Positions 27,763 to 36,336 of a stretch of 64,000 bases of DNA are shown here, piece by piece. The stretch is from a virus (Duplodnaviria; Heunggongvirae; Uroviricota; Caudoviricetes): IMG/VR virus record IMGVR_UViG_3300021387_001477; one strand, 5' to 3'. The notes below the pieces were generated by a model. That model made no database searches, was not told where the DNA came from, and saw only the letters and a program-made list of their open reading frames with translations. Position 1 is the first letter of the stretch. Each line of letters starts with the position of its first letter. Position numbers and translations under genes: made by a program.

Positions 27763-27863
27763 AACAAGATTATTATATTTGTCTATCCAAGAATTATTTT
27801 GTGGATTTGGAAATAAATATCTATAAGAAAGTAAAACTCTTATACATGTAAAGAAAAAAAATT

Positions 27864-28784
27864 ATGTGTTTATATACTGGAAATAAAGAAGGTTTTATAG
27901 CAACCGTAGATATTAAATGCTATAAGAGATTAATTAAAGTTGAGGATAATAACTGGCGAACTCCTTGTCAAAATTGGCCAGTTAAATTGGGGACTACTCT
28001 AATTCCAGATAGCCCTCAGCCCGATATTAGTGAGTTAGGATATAAATGGAAAATAGACGGTGGGGTAATACATTGTTATTCTGGCCTGATTCTAAAAGAA
28101 GATTCTGATCTATTTGAAGCAACAATTCCGGCAGGGACTAGACTTTGGATACAGGACGATCTTAGAGAGTTTGCGGCAGAAAAACTAGTTCTCTCTGATA
28201 AAGTTGCGAAGAATATTGATATAGACATAAAATCTCTCTTCTATCTTGGGGCTGATGTTCTATTAAAGGACGGAAGTAGAAAAAGTGTATTAGATTCCTA
28301 TGACAAAAATGACGTTATCGGAATATATGCATACGACGATCAGGCTATATCAGTAGATGTAAATCTATCTGGAATTAAATTTTCCGAAGATCCTCTCACT
28401 GGATTAGAGAAAAGTAAGAAACTTTGCTATGAGGAAGAAGCTGAGAAGGATAAAGATGGAGAGAAAAATACAGAATACTTAGAGAAGAATTCTTCTAAGG
28501 CTCAATTGAATGCTATAGACTGGTGTAGACAACGAGGAGGATTTTTGCCTTCCGTTGATCAGTTAGTAAGGGCATTTAAGAACTTGATATCAATAAATCT
28601 AACACGAAGATATCTTGGCCTCGAAAAAATTCCATTTTCCTGGTTCTGGTCCTCTACTGTGAAAGATGAGAGTTCAGTGTGGTACGTTGACTCTGGCAAT
28701 TATTACAACTACTGGGGTTGGTACTCGTCTGATATTTGCTGGGATGATCTCTACGTTATTGCGTTTCTCAGTTCTCACAAATAA
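27864..28784 (+). CDS. hypothetical protein with DUF1566-like C-terminal domain
   Basis: GGFLPSVDQLVRAF...FSWFWSSTVKDESSVWYVD pattern. Confidence 0.35.
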   Translation: MCLYTGNKEGFIATVDIKCYKRLIKVEDNNWRTPCQNWPVKLGTTLIPDSPQPDISELGYKWKIDGGVIHCYSGLILKEDSDLFEATIPAGTRLWIQDDLREFAAEKLVLSDKVAKNIDIDIKSLFYLGADVLLKDGSRKSVLDSYDKNDVIGIYAYDDQAISVDVNLSGIKFSEDPLTGLEKSKKLCYEEEAEKDKDGEKNTEYLEKNSSKAQLNAIDWCRQRGGFLPSVDQLVRAFKNLISINLTRRYLGLEKIPFSWFWSSTVKDESSVWYVDSGNYYNYWGWYSSDICWDDLYVIAFLSSHK

Positions 28785-28840
28785 TAAAAGGGTAAATTTA
28801 CCCTTTTATTTTTTTTATCCGTAATTTAGGGAGACCGAAA

Positions 28841-28852
28841 TCCTTATACATG
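28841..28852 (+). promoter_or_regulatory. promoter variant TCCTTATACATG with TTTTTTTTATCCGTAAT upstream element, driving tRNA-Leu(UAA)
   Basis: 9 nt upstream of tRNA 5' end. Confidence 0.45.
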
Positions 28853-28900
28853 AAAATTGTAGACTCGGCTTGGTGGTGGAATGGTAGACACGAGGGACTT

Positions 28901-29319
28901 TAACGTTACTTAAAGGGAAATTATTTCCAACTTATTAAGTATAATTTGAGTGCACTGAAGGAAACTTTAGATGTAGAACCTCCCTAATTCGGTGAAAGCT
29001 AAGCGCAACGCTGCAAAACGCTCCCTGAAATACGGTTAGCGCCTATAGGATAAAGATGCGTATAAATTGCGTATGCTAATACCGAGCCAATGTTTAAAGA
29101 CAGTGTGTAGAGACGAGATACGGGAGGGACCTAAGTTGAAATTTATAAACGTAGTGGGTGGGAATTACCACGTTAAATCCAAAACCTGAGATAAAAGGCA
29201 TTTATAATCTTGCAAGATTTCAATATGGTTAAGATACAGTCCAGACCACAAACAGATTAAGAGCAGAACCAACCTGTATATCAAAGATTTAATCTGGTAG
29301 CGAAAGCTATAGTGGTAAG
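28901..29319 (+). mobile_element. group I intron at the classical tRNA-Leu(UAA) U34/A35 site
   Basis: GAGTGCACTGAAGGAAACTTTAGATGTAGAAC...TTCGGTGAAAGCTAAGC...ACCGAGCCAATG...GTGTAGAGACGAGATACGGGAGGGACCTAA...GATACAGTCC. Confidence 0.65.
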
Positions 29320-29351
29320 AAAATCCCTTGGGCAGAAGTGCCCGTGTGGGT

Positions 29352-29605
29352 TCTCAATCGAGCCGTCTATAGTGGAAACATTATAGATTATAACTGAGCA
29401 AAATCGGTGAAAGCTGAGATGCCAATACCGAGGTAACTATGGGAATATCGAAAGGTCCTATAGCACCGTAGAGCATAGAAGGTGAATAAATATAATCCTT
29501 CCAAGAGTGTTCAGCATCATGGAAGAAGTGATGAAGATATATGCCGAACTATTAGGAAATGAACTAATAGAGCACAGAGATAAAAAACTCTGTGGATAAC
29601 AAATT
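29352..29605 (+). mobile_element. family-B small group I intron in tRNA-Leu T-loop
   Basis: Near-identical to 26113..26372 and 55218..55455 copies; ends GGATAACAAATTG. Confidence 0.6.
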
Positions 29606-29697
29606 GTCGAATCCCATCCGAGCTACAATATAGCCCTGAAATAGTAAAAACGCTATTTTCAGGGTTTCTTTTCCTTATTAATGAAAGGATATCAATT

Positions 29698-29708
29698 CCT
29701 TATATATG
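29698..29708 (+). promoter_or_regulatory. promoter core TTCCTTATATATG for tRNA-Leu(UAG)
   Basis: 4 nt upstream of tRNA start. Confidence 0.45.
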
Positions 29709-29711
29709 TGA

Positions 29712-29795
29712 TCCCCCATTGGAGAAATCGGTATACTCGTATCATTTAGAATGATATCTGGAAACAGTTCCGCGTTCGAGCCGCGGATGGGGGAC
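29712..29795 (+). tRNA. tRNA-Leu (UAG), type II
   Basis: Acceptor TCCCCCA/TGGGGGA, anticodon stem TATCA/TGATA loop UUUAGAA, variable stem CTG/CAG, T-arm CCGCG/TTCGAGC/CGCGG. Confidence 0.55.
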
Positions 29796-29944
29796 TTTTT
29801 AAATTTAACAAAAAAACTATTCAAAAACAACTAGCGCCAGGCCGAGTACGTACAACACTAACCTGGAAGTGCGGTTGTTTTTTTTTTCTTTACCCCTTTA
29901 AGGCCTTATTAATGTAATGAAAACAATAAATAATTTTAGACAAT

Positions 29945-30466
29945 ATGGATATTAATACTTTTTGGGGTTGGTTGTTTATAATCACTGCAGCATTGGTGTT
30001 GATTCAGTTGATTATGAGTATTATTAACGGGACGGACTTGGACATTGATCTAGACGGCGATGGTTTTGGAGACTTTGATCTTGGTACTATTGTCTCTCCG
30101 AAGGGTATTTTACATTTTATCTTCGGTGGGTCTGGATATCTTACTCTAATTGGTCCTGAAAAATGGAATGTCTGGGGTTATCTGATCGCAGTCTTGGTTG
30201 GTATCTTGGTGGCTGGTATCTTATTCTTAGTATATTGGGGGATGAGCAAGCTGGCGGACGAGAAGAAACAAGAGCCAGTGGAAAGTTTGGTTGGTAGATC
30301 TGGAAGCGTCTATCTTCCTATTTCCGGTGATAAGTATGAAATAACTATCACTAGGAATGGAAGACAGCAAAACATCACGGCGGTATCTAAATCAGGGAAG
30401 ACATATTCTACTGGCGATATTGTTACGGTGATTGAGGTTTCTGGAACAATTATTTATATTGACTAA
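29945..30466 (+). CDS. NfeD-like membrane protein (YqiJ-like): TM helices + C-terminal OB-fold
   Basis: Hydrophobic N-terminal half; C-terminal VGRSGSVYLPISGDKYEITITRNGRQQNITAVS; immediately upstream of SPFH gene. Confidence 0.5.
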   Translation: MDINTFWGWLFIITAALVLIQLIMSIINGTDLDIDLDGDGFGDFDLGTIVSPKGILHFIFGGSGYLTLIGPEKWNVWGYLIAVLVGILVAGILFLVYWGMSKLADEKKQEPVESLVGRSGSVYLPISGDKYEITITRNGRQQNITAVSKSGKTYSTGDIVTVIEVSGTIIYID

Positions 30467-30468
30467 AG

Positions 30469-31020
30469 ATGAAACAGTCACAATTTATAGGTTGGGTTAA
30501 AAAAGCATACCCAGATATAACAATTCAGAGACGAGATAATGGTGATTTCTGGCTTTCGGATTCTAGATATCTTCAGGTAATTGCAAGAACTGATAATATA
30601 ATTGAGTTCAGGAAGAATAAAAATAATAAACTTCCTGAACCTATGCTTGTTGAAGATGATGTCGAGATAGTAAATAATATTAGAGGTTTGTGGGGAGATC
30701 CTGGCGTTGCTTTCTCTCTTCCTCAACCACATAAAGCAGAAGTTGAGAAGAGAGAAGAGAGTAAATCAGAGCCGAGACATAAACAGCCTGAAAATAAAGA
30801 GGCACAAGATAGAGATTCGATTATACAGCTTCTTAAGGATACATTTCCAGGGCCGATCGAAGTAATTAAAGTGCCAGGAGGAAAGGCTGTGAAAGTTGGC
30901 GGCTCTAAATTAACTCTTTATGATTATGGCATTTCTTCAAAACCTAGTGAGTTTATTCCTTGGGCCAGAACAGAAGAGGTGAAACAATGTGTAACCAAAT
31001 TTATCTCCTTAAATAAATAA
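30469..31020 (+). CDS. hypothetical protein in NfeD-SPFH operon
   Basis: 183-aa ORF, 2-nt gaps to both neighbours. Confidence 0.45.
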   Translation: MKQSQFIGWVKKAYPDITIQRRDNGDFWLSDSRYLQVIARTDNIIEFRKNKNNKLPEPMLVEDDVEIVNNIRGLWGDPGVAFSLPQPHKAEVEKREESKSEPRHKQPENKEAQDRDSIIQLLKDTFPGPIEVIKVPGGKAVKVGGSKLTLYDYGISSKPSEFIPWARTEEVKQCVTKFISLNK

Positions 31021-31024
31021 CATT

Positions 31025-32992
31025 ATGAACAGTTTAACTACTATGCTGATCATTATTGCAGCAATTGTTGTAATGGTGATTCTGACTGTCTGGGGAATTC
31101 TCAGTCGGTACAAAAAGGTGAAGTCTGATGAGATCCTTGTGGTCTACGGTAAGACGAAAGGCAATTCTTCGGCAAAGTGCCTGCACGGAGGTAGTTCCTT
31201 CATATGGCCTATTATCCAGGGGGCTACCGTGATGTCAACTAAGCCAGTGACGATTCAGTGCAATCTTCAGGGAGCAATTTCTAGCCAAAAGATTAAGGTA
31301 AATGTTAACACAACAATTACCGCGGCGATATCTACTGTTCCTGAGATTATGCAGAATGCGGCTGTTCGTCTTTTAACGATGTCGCCGTCTGAGATTGAAG
31401 GACAAATTAAGGATGTTGCGTATGGACAGCTTCGTCTTATCATCGCTACACTAACTATTGAAGAGTTAGTGAATGACAGGGAAAAGTTCCTTCAGGCATG
31501 TAAGACTGGTATTGACGAAGAGCTGAAGAAATTTGGTCTGACTGTGCTCAATGTAAACTTGTCTGAGGTTTCCGACGAAGGGAACTATCTGGAGAATCTC
31601 TCTAGAGACGAGATCGCAAAAGCTGCCGCAGTAGCTGAGGCAAGTATTGCTGCCCGCGAAAAAGAGGGCGCCACAAGGACGGCAGATCAGAAAAAGCAGA
31701 AGGAGGTACAGCTCGCTCAGATTGAGAAGGACAAGCAGATTCAGGTTGCTGAAAACCAGTCTGAGCAGGCTACGCGCACTGCTGAGATCTCCAAAGAGAA
31801 GAATACTAAGGTCTCTGAGCAAAAGAAAGAGGAGACCGTAAGAATCCGTGAGATCCAGAAGGAGCAGAGCGTTGAGACTGCTAATCAGGAGCAGGAAGAG
31901 GCAATTAAGCTGGCCGAAATCGAGAAGATCAGAGAGGTTGAGATCGCAACCAAAGAGTCTGAACAAAAACAGGCAGTTGCAGAGCAGAACCGTCTTCGCG
32001 ATACTGTTATTGCTGAAAAGAAGGCTGCTACTGTATCTAGCGTAGCAAAAGCAGAAAATGATGCAGAAGCTACGAAGGCAGAAGCTGAAAAGGCTAAAGA
32101 GGCTCGTATTGTCGCTGCCGGACACCTGGCTGAACAGAATAAGAAGAAGGCAGAACAGGAGAGAGAAGCCGCTGAGTCTGAGTTTGAAAGTTCTCGTCGT
32201 CAAAGAGCGGCTGATGCTGAAAAGCAGGCAAAGATCAGCGAGAATAAAGCAGGTATTGAAGTAGCTAAGTCTGATGCTGTTCTTGGTAAGGAGAAAGCTG
32301 AGGCAGAGAAGGTCATTGGTGAATCTGAAGCCGCTGCTGAGAAGGCTATTGGTATCGCCAAGGCTCAGAAAGACAAAGAAGTTGCTCTTGCCCGCGCTGA
32401 AGCTAAGAGAGCAGAACTCGAAGCTGATCTGATCTCTGGCGCTGAGAAGGAAGCCGAGAGAAAGAAAGTGGAGGCTGAGGGTATCAAGAACAAGATCACG
32501 ATCGAGGCTGAGGCTGAGGCTGAGAAGATCCTGGCCATCGCAAAAGCAGAAGCAGAGAAGATTCGTCTCACTAAACTTGCTGAGGCTGAGGGTGAACTGA
32601 GAATGGCCGAAGTTAAGAAGGCTCTCGGTCAGGCAGAAACTGAGAATATCGCCAACATGGTCCGCGCCGGGCTTGGCGAAGCTGCTGCCATCTCCTTCAT
32701 TCTCAGAGATAAGTATGAGGGAATCATCGGTGCAGAGCAGGCCAAGTTCGAGCACATCAATCTCGGCGAAGTTAAGGTTGTCGGTGATGCTTCACAAGCC
32801 TCCAGTTTCCTTACCAAGATCGTCGACGGTGTTCAGAAGTCTAGTGTTCTTGGAGACCTGATTCCCGGACTTACTGGTCTTCTTGCTGCTGGTACAAAAT
32901 TCGACCAAAAGCAGTTGAACGGCACAAAGCCCGAAGATCCAAAACCGGACGATAAAGGCCCGAAAAACAACCCTAATTCTGAAGAAGAATAA
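31025..32992 (+). CDS. SPFH/band-7 flotillin-like protein (YqiK-like) with long Ala/Glu/Lys coiled coil
   Basis: N-terminal TM, SPFH block VVYGKTKGNS...IWPIIQGATVM...IKVNVNTTIT, then ~400 aa AEAEAEKI-type coiled coil. Confidence 0.7.
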   Translation: MNSLTTMLIIIAAIVVMVILTVWGILSRYKKVKSDEILVVYGKTKGNSSAKCLHGGSSFIWPIIQGATVMSTKPVTIQCNLQGAISSQKIKVNVNTTITAAISTVPEIMQNAAVRLLTMSPSEIEGQIKDVAYGQLRLIIATLTIEELVNDREKFLQACKTGIDEELKKFGLTVLNVNLSEVSDEGNYLENLSRDEIAKAAAVAEASIAAREKEGATRTADQKKQKEVQLAQIEKDKQIQVAENQSEQATRTAEISKEKNTKVSEQKKEETVRIREIQKEQSVETANQEQEEAIKLAEIEKIREVEIATKESEQKQAVAEQNRLRDTVIAEKKAATVSSVAKAENDAEATKAEAEKAKEARIVAAGHLAEQNKKKAEQEREAAESEFESSRRQRAADAEKQAKISENKAGIEVAKSDAVLGKEKAEAEKVIGESEAAAEKAIGIAKAQKDKEVALARAEAKRAELEADLISGAEKEAERKKVEAEGIKNKITIEAEAEAEKILAIAKAEAEKIRLTKLAEAEGELRMAEVKKALGQAETENIANMVRAGLGEAAAISFILRDKYEGIIGAEQAKFEHINLGEVKVVGDASQASSFLTKIVDGVQKSSVLGDLIPGLTGLLAAGTKFDQKQLNGTKPEDPKPDDKGPKNNPNSEEE

Positions 32993-33004
32993 AAAAAACA
33001 CGAT

Positions 33005-33035
33005 AAACAGAGGAGATTTACCTCTGTTTATTTTT
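33005..33035 (+). terminator. intrinsic terminator (AAACAGAGGAGATTTACCTCTGTTT + T-run)
   Basis: Hairpin plus TTTTT immediately after SPFH stop; next promoter follows. Confidence 0.6.
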
Positions 33036-33053
33036 CCGCCTATAAAGATTTTA

Positions 33054-33239
33054 TTGCCTTATATATGTAATAAAATAAACGAAACAATGAAAGAGAAATT
33101 TAAATTTATTGGTAGTATTATTAGTGATACTGCTGCCCTTGCTCTTATTGTAGCTGGGATTACCTTAGGAGTTCGACTTGGTGTTAAGCTCGGGAATACA
33201 ATTTCGGATACAATTGATAAGATCGGGAAGAAGCAGTAA
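33054..33239 (+). CDS. small membrane protein
   Basis: 61-aa ORF with one TM segment; promoter GCCTTATATATG 6 nt upstream region. Confidence 0.4.
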   Translation: MPYICNKINETMKEKFKFIGSIISDTAALALIVAGITLGVRLGVKLGNTISDTIDKIGKKQ

Positions 33240-33322
33240 ATCTATCTACCAGAACTAGAGAGAATATTCACTTTACGTGTGGGTATTCTCTTATTTTTCG
33301 AAACTATTAAAATAACAAAATC

Positions 33323-33841
33323 ATGGAAGAAAACAAAACAGCAACAATCATTATACTATCTATGGTGGTAATAATGATGATTTTGGGTATTAGAAATGAG
33401 CCCAAAGCGGAAATAGACCCAGATGCAAAATTCTGGATGGAAAACGAAATAGCGCTAAGAGATATGCGCACCTATATGGAAGAACATCCTGAAGAATTTA
33501 TGGATGAAGAAAACGTTACTTCCTATACGGTTACGGCAACAGTATACAATCCGGTGTCTAAACAGTGTGACTCTACTCCTCTTATTACGGCAGACTCAAG
33601 TAAAATTGACCTTACCAAATTAGAAAATGGTGAGATTAGGTGGATTGCAGTATCAAGAGACCTACTTGAGCACTTTAGTTATGGGGAGAAAGTCATGATA
33701 TCCGGACATGATGATATTTCAGGAATATATGAAATACACGACACAATGAATAGGCGGTACAGCAAATGTATAGATATTCTTATGCCTAGTTCAAAAACAA
33801 CCGGAAAATGGAAAAATGTAACGATTGAAAAAATAAATTAA
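33323..33841 (+). CDS. 3D-domain protein (MltA/RlpA-like cell-wall binding/hydrolase fold) with N-terminal TM anchor
   Basis: TATVYNPVSKQCDSTPLITADSS...IAVSRDLL...SGIYEIHDTMNRRYSKCIDILM (three conserved Asp pattern). Confidence 0.55.
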   Translation: MEENKTATIIILSMVVIMMILGIRNEPKAEIDPDAKFWMENEIALRDMRTYMEEHPEEFMDEENVTSYTVTATVYNPVSKQCDSTPLITADSSKIDLTKLENGEIRWIAVSRDLLEHFSYGEKVMISGHDDISGIYEIHDTMNRRYSKCIDILMPSSKTTGKWKNVTIEKIN

Positions 33842-33858
33842 AGGGGAGATTATCCTCT

Positions 33859-34320
33859 TTAATTTTTCTTCCATTCCTCTATATCTATTCCGTTTTCTCT
33901 AAAATATCTAAGAAGCTCTATTCTTTCACTACATGGATTGTCAGGAACCTCATACACCATCAATATTATCTCTGGCTCCTCTTGAAATCCCTCCGTCTGT
34001 TGTATAAAATCTGCCACCTTCTGTAAATAATCCATTATGTCAGAAAATTTCCAAGACCTAAGTCCCTTTGCATATGATCTCAGAAACCAACATTCTTCAG
34101 GATTTTTTACTTTACATGGACATCCTCCGGCATTACATCCTTCTGGGTTAAGTGCCTCAAACCTTATTCCATTCCATACATTATTTTGATCTTTCCACAC
34201 ATGATCTTTCCCTTTTCCGTCGTGAAACCACTTAGGATCCCACACGGCAGTTGATACAGGAATTTGCCAAGGCTTAAAGAAACGTATATTATAAAAATAG
34301 GAAGTATATATTTTCATCAA
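33859..34320 (-). CDS. hypothetical Cys/Trp-rich protein
   Basis: 153-aa ORF. Confidence 0.45.
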   Translation of the reverse strand: MMKIYTSYFYNIRFFKPWQIPVSTAVWDPKWFHDGKGKDHVWKDQNNVWNGIRFEALNPEGCNAGGCPCKVKNPEECWFLRSYAKGLRSWKFSDIMDYLQKVADFIQQTEGFQEEPEIILMVYEVPDNPCSERIELLRYFRENGIDIEEWKKN

Positions 34321-34349
34321 TTATTAGAGTCTTAGGCCCTTATTTATGT

Positions 34350-34769
34350 ATGATAGAACTATATTGTCTTAGTATAGAAAATTGGATAAAGTATAAAGAA
34401 GAAATTATAAAAGTAAACTCCATTTCTGGTCCAGGAGTAATAAATGGAGATATAAAACCTGAAGATGTAGAGGGAATTCCAATATCAATCGGGTTTGTAA
34501 ATACTCTTCTTAACCTTGGATTTGAGAAAGACATGGATATTGAGTCCTATTATGATGAAGAGCATTATAGAGATAAGAGCCACAGGATTACTCTAACGAA
34601 AACAGAGTATATGGTAAATCGTGGTGGTAGTCTTCCGGCCTGGAGAATTCACGTAGACAATAACTGTTTTGATACCATTGGCTCTGGTGATGTAGTTTTT
34701 ATACATGAGATTCAAAACTTTATACATTCAGTAGGAGTATGCTTGAAAGAATTATTAGTGAAGGAATAG
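34350..34769 (+). CDS. hypothetical protein
   Basis: 139-aa ORF. Confidence 0.45.
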   Translation: MIELYCLSIENWIKYKEEIIKVNSISGPGVINGDIKPEDVEGIPISIGFVNTLLNLGFEKDMDIESYYDEEHYRDKSHRITLTKTEYMVNRGGSLPAWRIHVDNNCFDTIGSGDVVFIHEIQNFIHSVGVCLKELLVKE

Positions 34770-34948
34770 AAACCATACGAGAAGATCAACCGGGAGTATA
34801 TACAGTAATAACAAAGAAATCTTGGGAAAAGCTTAAAGAAAATAGTTATTATTTTGGTTGGCCTGAGTGGATAAAAGAAATTAATCGAAAGCACGTAGAT
34901 GAAATTAGGAAATATAATCCAAACATCGACAAAATGATAAAAGAGTAG
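34739..34948 (+). CDS. hypothetical protein
   Basis: 69-aa ORF. Confidence 0.35.
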   Translation: MLERIISEGIETIREDQPGVYTVITKKSWEKLKENSYYFGWPEWIKEINRKHVDEIRKYNPNIDKMIKE

Positions 34949-34965
34949 AAATTTAATCTACTCTT

Positions 34966-35316
34966 TTAATTTTTCTCAAATAGAAGAAAATCATTGTCAT
35001 AATCATACCCCACCAAATAACAACCAGACTTACATATTCTCCTAACCATACTATAAAGCCCGGTTGTTCTAAAGTTCACGGCTAATTTTGAATATCCCTT
35101 ATCTAGCATAAAAGCCAGAGTATTTTTTACAAACTTTTCTTCTAAGAAATATTTTGGAACATATAAGACATCATCTGGCAATTCTCTATTGTCTTTATCC
35201 CAAGGGTGGTAGAAGCACAGATAATAACATATATACTCTTCGATATTTGATGTTCCCGGCTCTTTTTCTGGTCTACCATCCGGATAATACTCTTTTCTTA
35301 ATTTATTGTTTAGCAT
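34966..35316 (-). CDS. hypothetical protein
   Basis: 116-aa ORF. Confidence 0.45.
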   Translation of the reverse strand: MLNNKLRKEYYPDGRPEKEPGTSNIEEYICYYLCFYHPWDKDNRELPDDVLYVPKYFLEEKFVKNTLAFMLDKGYSKLAVNFRTTGLYSMVRRICKSGCYLVGYDYDNDFLLFEKN

Positions 35317-36268
35317 CTTCGTCTAATTTGCCTATAGCTCCTTCTCCCAGGATCTCTACAATCTTATCAAGGGTCATGTCACAGTATTCATCAACCCAGG
35401 AGTCAATATAGTATAATTTATCTGAACCACATATTACACCAAAAAGAATCGGATCTCTTCTTCTCTCTTCCTCCTTCTTTTTCTGCGTCTCTGTCTTTTC
35501 TGTGGCTTTATTTTCTGGATCATAATGAAGAATAACGTAATTATCAAATACTCCTAATTGATCTGCCCTATCTTTTTTATCGGCAACAGAATCAGGAATT
35601 ATATGCACATAATTTTCTATATAATCCAAACTAAGGTCTCTAGAACATTTAGATTGAAGAGACTTTAAAGTACCAAGTGCTATATATCTGTTATAACCAC
35701 TAACACTAAGAATACTTTCGTATATATGAACTACAAGCCTCTTAAGTAACGACTCCTCATTGGCCTTCTGATGTAATCTTTGACTCTTTCTGATAAGGGA
35801 TAGGTATTCTTTTACCCTATTAATAAATTCTTGTTCTTTTCCAACCAGAACCTTTATCGTAGAGAAGACATCAGTGACATCAAGAATATAATTTTTTCTA
35901 AGCTTTCTTTCAGAAAAATATGATTTTATTTTTGAAATTACAGTCTTTATTCTTGACCTTTCTCTTCTTCCTCCTGAGTCAGAAATTAAAGGCTCTTCTC
36001 CCCACCAGTTATTATCTTTAGATAGTTTCCTTAGATAGTTGGAAATCACAACGTTAAATGTCCCAGCATCCTCACTTCTTACATAACTGTCGAAATCAAT
36101 TGTAGTAAGGTCTGGGAAATCAACTTTACCTACTGTATTTTCATATACAAGATCATCAGGATAACTATTTTCAGCAGGGGCACTTTTCTTTAAACTAAGT
36201 CTTTTGTATTTAAGCAGTTCTTTATCAGTCACCCACCTAAGCTCTTCATTTATATTTCTTACTTTCAT
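35303..36268 (-). CDS. hypothetical protein
   Basis: 321-aa ORF; promoter CATATATAAG at 36271-36280. Confidence 0.5.
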   Translation of the reverse strand: MKVRNINEELRWVTDKELLKYKRLSLKKSAPAENSYPDDLVYENTVGKVDFPDLTTIDFDSYVRSEDAGTFNVVISNYLRKLSKDNNWWGEEPLISDSGGRRERSRIKTVISKIKSYFSERKLRKNYILDVTDVFSTIKVLVGKEQEFINRVKEYLSLIRKSQRLHQKANEESLLKRLVVHIYESILSVSGYNRYIALGTLKSLQSKCSRDLSLDYIENYVHIIPDSVADKKDRADQLGVFDNYVILHYDPENKATEKTETQKKKEEERRRDPILFGVICGSDKLYYIDSWVDEYCDMTLDKIVEILGEGAIGKLDEDAKQ

Positions 36269-36336
36269 AACATATATAAGAAATTGCGCTTCAGGAGTTT
36301 CTATTTCTTTATTTATGAATTAAATTAAAACAAACA

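Larger units (their letters stand above)
28862..29624 (+). tRNA. tRNA-Leu (UAA) in three exons with two group I introns: 28901..29319 between U34 and A35, and 29352..29605 (family B) in the T-loop
   Basis: Exons GACTCGG..GTAGAC-ACG-AGGGA-CUU | AAAA-TCCCT-TGGGCAGAAGTGCCC-G-GTGGG-T | TCGAAT-CCCAT-CCGAGCT-A mirror cyanobacterial tRNA-Leu(UAA) (..GGTAGACGCTACGGACUU|AAAAUCCGU..); each 5' exon ends U, each intron ends G; one A2-C71 mismatch. Confidence 0.6.

Noticed and set aside
28862-29624. Interpreting the region as two separate tRNA fragments or pseudogenes rather than one doubly-split tRNA-Leu
   Set aside because: The three exon pieces assemble into a full-length type II cloverleaf that mirrors canonical tRNA-Leu(UAA), with both junctions obeying U/G splice rules; kept as a single gene, though the A2-C71 mismatch lowers confidence
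32300-32650. Tandem GAGGCTGAG/GCTGAGAAG nucleotide repeats
   Set aside because: Consequence of the AEAEAEK coiled-coil coding repeat in the SPFH gene, not an independent DNA repeat element
31466-32755. 429-aa minus-strand ORF antisense to the SPFH gene (and several 60-70-aa ORFs in the same region)
   Set aside because: Low-complexity Leu/Ser-rich translation of the reverse complement of the GAG/GCT/AAG-rich coiled-coil repeats; no promoter; wholly embedded in a well-supported gene
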